The position numbers were made by a program, and so were the translations under genes. A DNA stretch of 63,979 nucleotides, counting the filler, from Rhabdomonas costata (taxonomy: Eukaryota): assembly GCA_019059605.1 (NCBI GenBank). It is 49 parts of 49 records of this genome, joined end to end, with 100 filler letters (N's around TTAATTAATTAA, not from the genome) between each part and the next. Parts side by side here need not be neighbours in the genome. Positions count along the whole stretch, not along the records: positions 60,153 to 61,365 come from JAHMHO010023606.1; positions 61,466 to 62,672 come from JAHMHO010023607.1; positions 62,773 to 63,979 come from JAHMHO010023608.1; 46 more parts are not named here. The stretch is one strand, 5' to 3'. Under the pieces are notes generated by a model. The model was not told the DNA's origin. It worked only from the letters and a program-made list of their open reading frames with translations, and ran no database searches. Shown here in pieces: positions 61,348 to 63,979 of this stretch; positions within the stretch are counted from its first letter, which is position 1; the number at the start of each line of letters is the position of its first letter.

Positions 61348-63979
61348 CATTTTCCCGTTTTTCTCNNNNNNNNNNNNNNNNNNNNNNNNNNNNNNNNNNN
61401 NNNNNNNNNTTAATTAATTAANNNNNNNNNNNNNNNNNNNNNNNNNNNNNNNNNNNNNNNNNNNNCCGGGGGGGGGGGCGTTGAGAGAAAATGAGAAGAA
61501 CAAAACCACGGCACAACAGAATGAACGGACTCAATTGGATCACTTACTACAGTCAGCAAAGTCAGTAAATCACAAAGTCTGCTGAAGCTCAGACCCCCAC
61601 ACAGGAGCAGAAGGTACTCGCTCTCACAGCAACGGTCTCGTAAGTACCAAAACTCTCAAAACATGAAAAATATGAAAGGCACCGATTTCTCACAGCGAGC
61701 ATTTACAATTAGGTATGATGACGTCGAACAACTTCGGCAATAGGAGCTGACTCACTGTCAATGCTCTCTTCTCGAAAAACACACCAATAAAAACGGAGTA
61801 CGTGTCAATCACTGGTGATGATTCACTGTTTCTGTGTGCCACATCGAAATCACACAGAGGCAAATCAAAAGGGGGTGCAGCAAAATAAGAGATAGATAGA
61901 TCGTTCTGGAGATTGTTATGGTGATAGAACCCTCGAGGGAGAGAGCCAGAAGTCTCGAGAATTTGTATAACATTCAGCACCTGTGAGGTCAACTGCCTTC
62001 TCAGTCTGTGAACCTCAGCCTGCAGCTCATCCATAAGAGGGTTCTCTGTCGCCTCCTGTGGCCGAAAGCAATCACCTCCGAGTTCCAAGTGAATCGGAAT
62101 AGAAGAGGAAGTCGAGCGCGAATGAACAAGGACACCGCACACGCACCTGTGAGCTGAGCTGCTGTCGAAGCTGCGCATTTTCAGCCTGAAGACCCTCCAC
62201 GGCCTCACGCGCCGTAATTTCCTATGGAATAGGCACCGGCCCTTCTTTGGAAAGATATGGCATCACCGGCCGTTTGGCCGTTTGGATTCTATTGATCGAG
62301 AATCCAGAATTGCTCTTGCAGCAACGTTTGGAAAATTTCGTTAATTCCCACATTTCTCCGAGTTTGTGAGTTACGGAGACAACCGAAAGAAAAAAGCGTC
62401 CAAAATGCCCGAGAGAGAGAGAGAGAGAGCGAGAGAGAGGTGAAAGGGGTGAACTCTGGGTTGAGCAGCTGAATGATCTGAACTTCTGGATGGGGCTTAA
62501 GCCGAAGCACAGGAAACGGCTGCGCGCTGGTCCTTGCACCCCAGGCGAGTCACTTCCGTTTTTGGCGGCTCATATATATACTGTACAATCTTGTGGCGCT
62601 TCTTGCCCGCTGCAGCCGGAGGGTTTGACGGGGGCACTCACAACTCAGGGGAAAGCAAAAACAAAAAAAAACNNNNNNNNNNNNNNNNNNNNNNNNNNNN
62701 NNNNNNNNNNNNNNNNTTAATTAATTAANNNNNNNNNNNNNNNNNNNNNNNNNNNNNNNNNNNNNNNNNNNNCAGTCCAAGGGGAGGGGGCGCAGCTAAC
62801 ATAATATTACGATTGCTCGGAGGGTTCGCAAGGGGGAGGCAAGTGCACACCTCCATCCTCAGAAAGTATGGCAAGTCAGCCCCGGCCTCCAGATGGGCGT
62901 CAGGGGCGTACGAAGAAGCCTGGGAGGTTGCCTCACTGCTGGCGTCCGACAGCACGGCCGACCTGAGACAAGGGCACACACGGAAAGAGACGGGACCTGT
63001 GGCGTGTGATTATGTTTGGCTGCGTTGAAAATAAGGTGGAGCGGCGCTCATCACTCAATAGCCTTCTGGGAGTCCCCCCCCCCCCACACACTGCAAACGA
63101 GGTTACGTTACCTAACAATTCGTTTGCAACGACAGGTCTTCATTTGTCAGGTGATGCAAAAAGTGACTTAACCGCAACAGAATGCCCATTTGGCAAAGCA
63201 ACCATAGACGGTGTCAGGGGACATGATTCCTGGCGGTTGGCGATTGGCCTGGATGCCACCGCAAAAACCGGATCTCTTGAGAGACCAAAAGAAAGAATAT
63301 GAAGAAGAAGAAGAACAGTGTTGGCGGCAACTAAATACGTAAAGCGTAAAAGGTAGGATAATGTGTGGATAATGTGTGGCTGAGAGAGTGGGTTGACCTT
63401 CGGTCGCTATCCACAGAGGCGGCCAACTTGCACAGCTCCTGCATCGTGGTGGCCTTGCTACTGAGGGCCCCTTTGGACATCACAGAGGGCGGCCTCTCCT
63501 CCAGGGAGTTCACTGAGTCCGCGTCCTGACAGGTTGCCGTGCAAGTGCGTGTGCATGTCCGAGTGTGTTTGAACCTATCCTCACACCGGTGGGCCACCCA
63601 CCCACTAAAGCAGACCGCAGTGTTTCACACAGAAGAGCAAGTGCTCAGCAGCAATAGTAAAATGGCAAACCCAACGAGAACAAAAAATGGGGAGCCAAAT
63701 GCCGCCTGCAGCACTGCACCTTCCTCGCTTTAGAACAAAATGGCGACATCAAAACGAGGAACATGAAGGCAGGGCAACACAGGTACCGAGGCCTCGTCCT
63801 CCTCCACGGCGCCCCGAGCTCCCCAGGAGGCCGTTCTCACAGTGGAAAGGCTGACCACCTCCACCTCGGCAGTGCTCCCTGAGAACAGGAGGAGAAATGA
63901 GAAGAGAAGGGAAAGTGACAGAGGCAGGCCGATAGATATACCACAATTTATGAACGATGCATGTCCTGCCCCCCCCACC

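Noticed and set aside
1206-62772. Regularly spaced TTAATTAATTAA motif resembling a repeat array
   Set aside because: Always embedded in N-runs; it is an artificial six-frame-stop linker.

Overview
This window is not one genomic locus. It is about 49 unrelated contigs of about 1.2 kb, joined by artificial spacers (N-run + TTAATTAATTAA + N-run), so nothing across a spacer is linked. Most contigs are intron-rich nuclear DNA (GT-AG, occasionally GC-AG) of a flagellated protist, plausibly a euglenozoan/euglenid (inference). The DNA looks whole-genome-amplified: contig ends carry GenomePlex/PicoPLEX-like primer remnants (TGGGTGTGTTTGG) and fold-back inverted repeats. Recognisable host gene fragments include PIG-Y, myosin, ABCE1, adenylyl cyclase, axonemal dynein heavy chain, an ART-type ADP-ribosyltransferase, API5, an AMP deaminase-like protein, amidase, a MAP3K, aconitase and Bles03/C11orf68, plus a decayed Ty3/gypsy element. 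Two things stand out. (1) A very AT-rich, intronless two-gene contig (26157-27364) looks like Mimiviridae/giant-virus DNA: a Mimivirus L371-like C-terminal domain with a His/Glu/Gln/Cys protease-like arrangement, plus a frameshifted NCLDV-type gene. It is either an unknown giant virus of this host or an endogenised one. (2) An intronless bacterial-type acetoacetate decarboxylase carries a mitochondrial-presequence-like N-terminus (4425-5126). Family assignments come from recalled motifs, not database searches.
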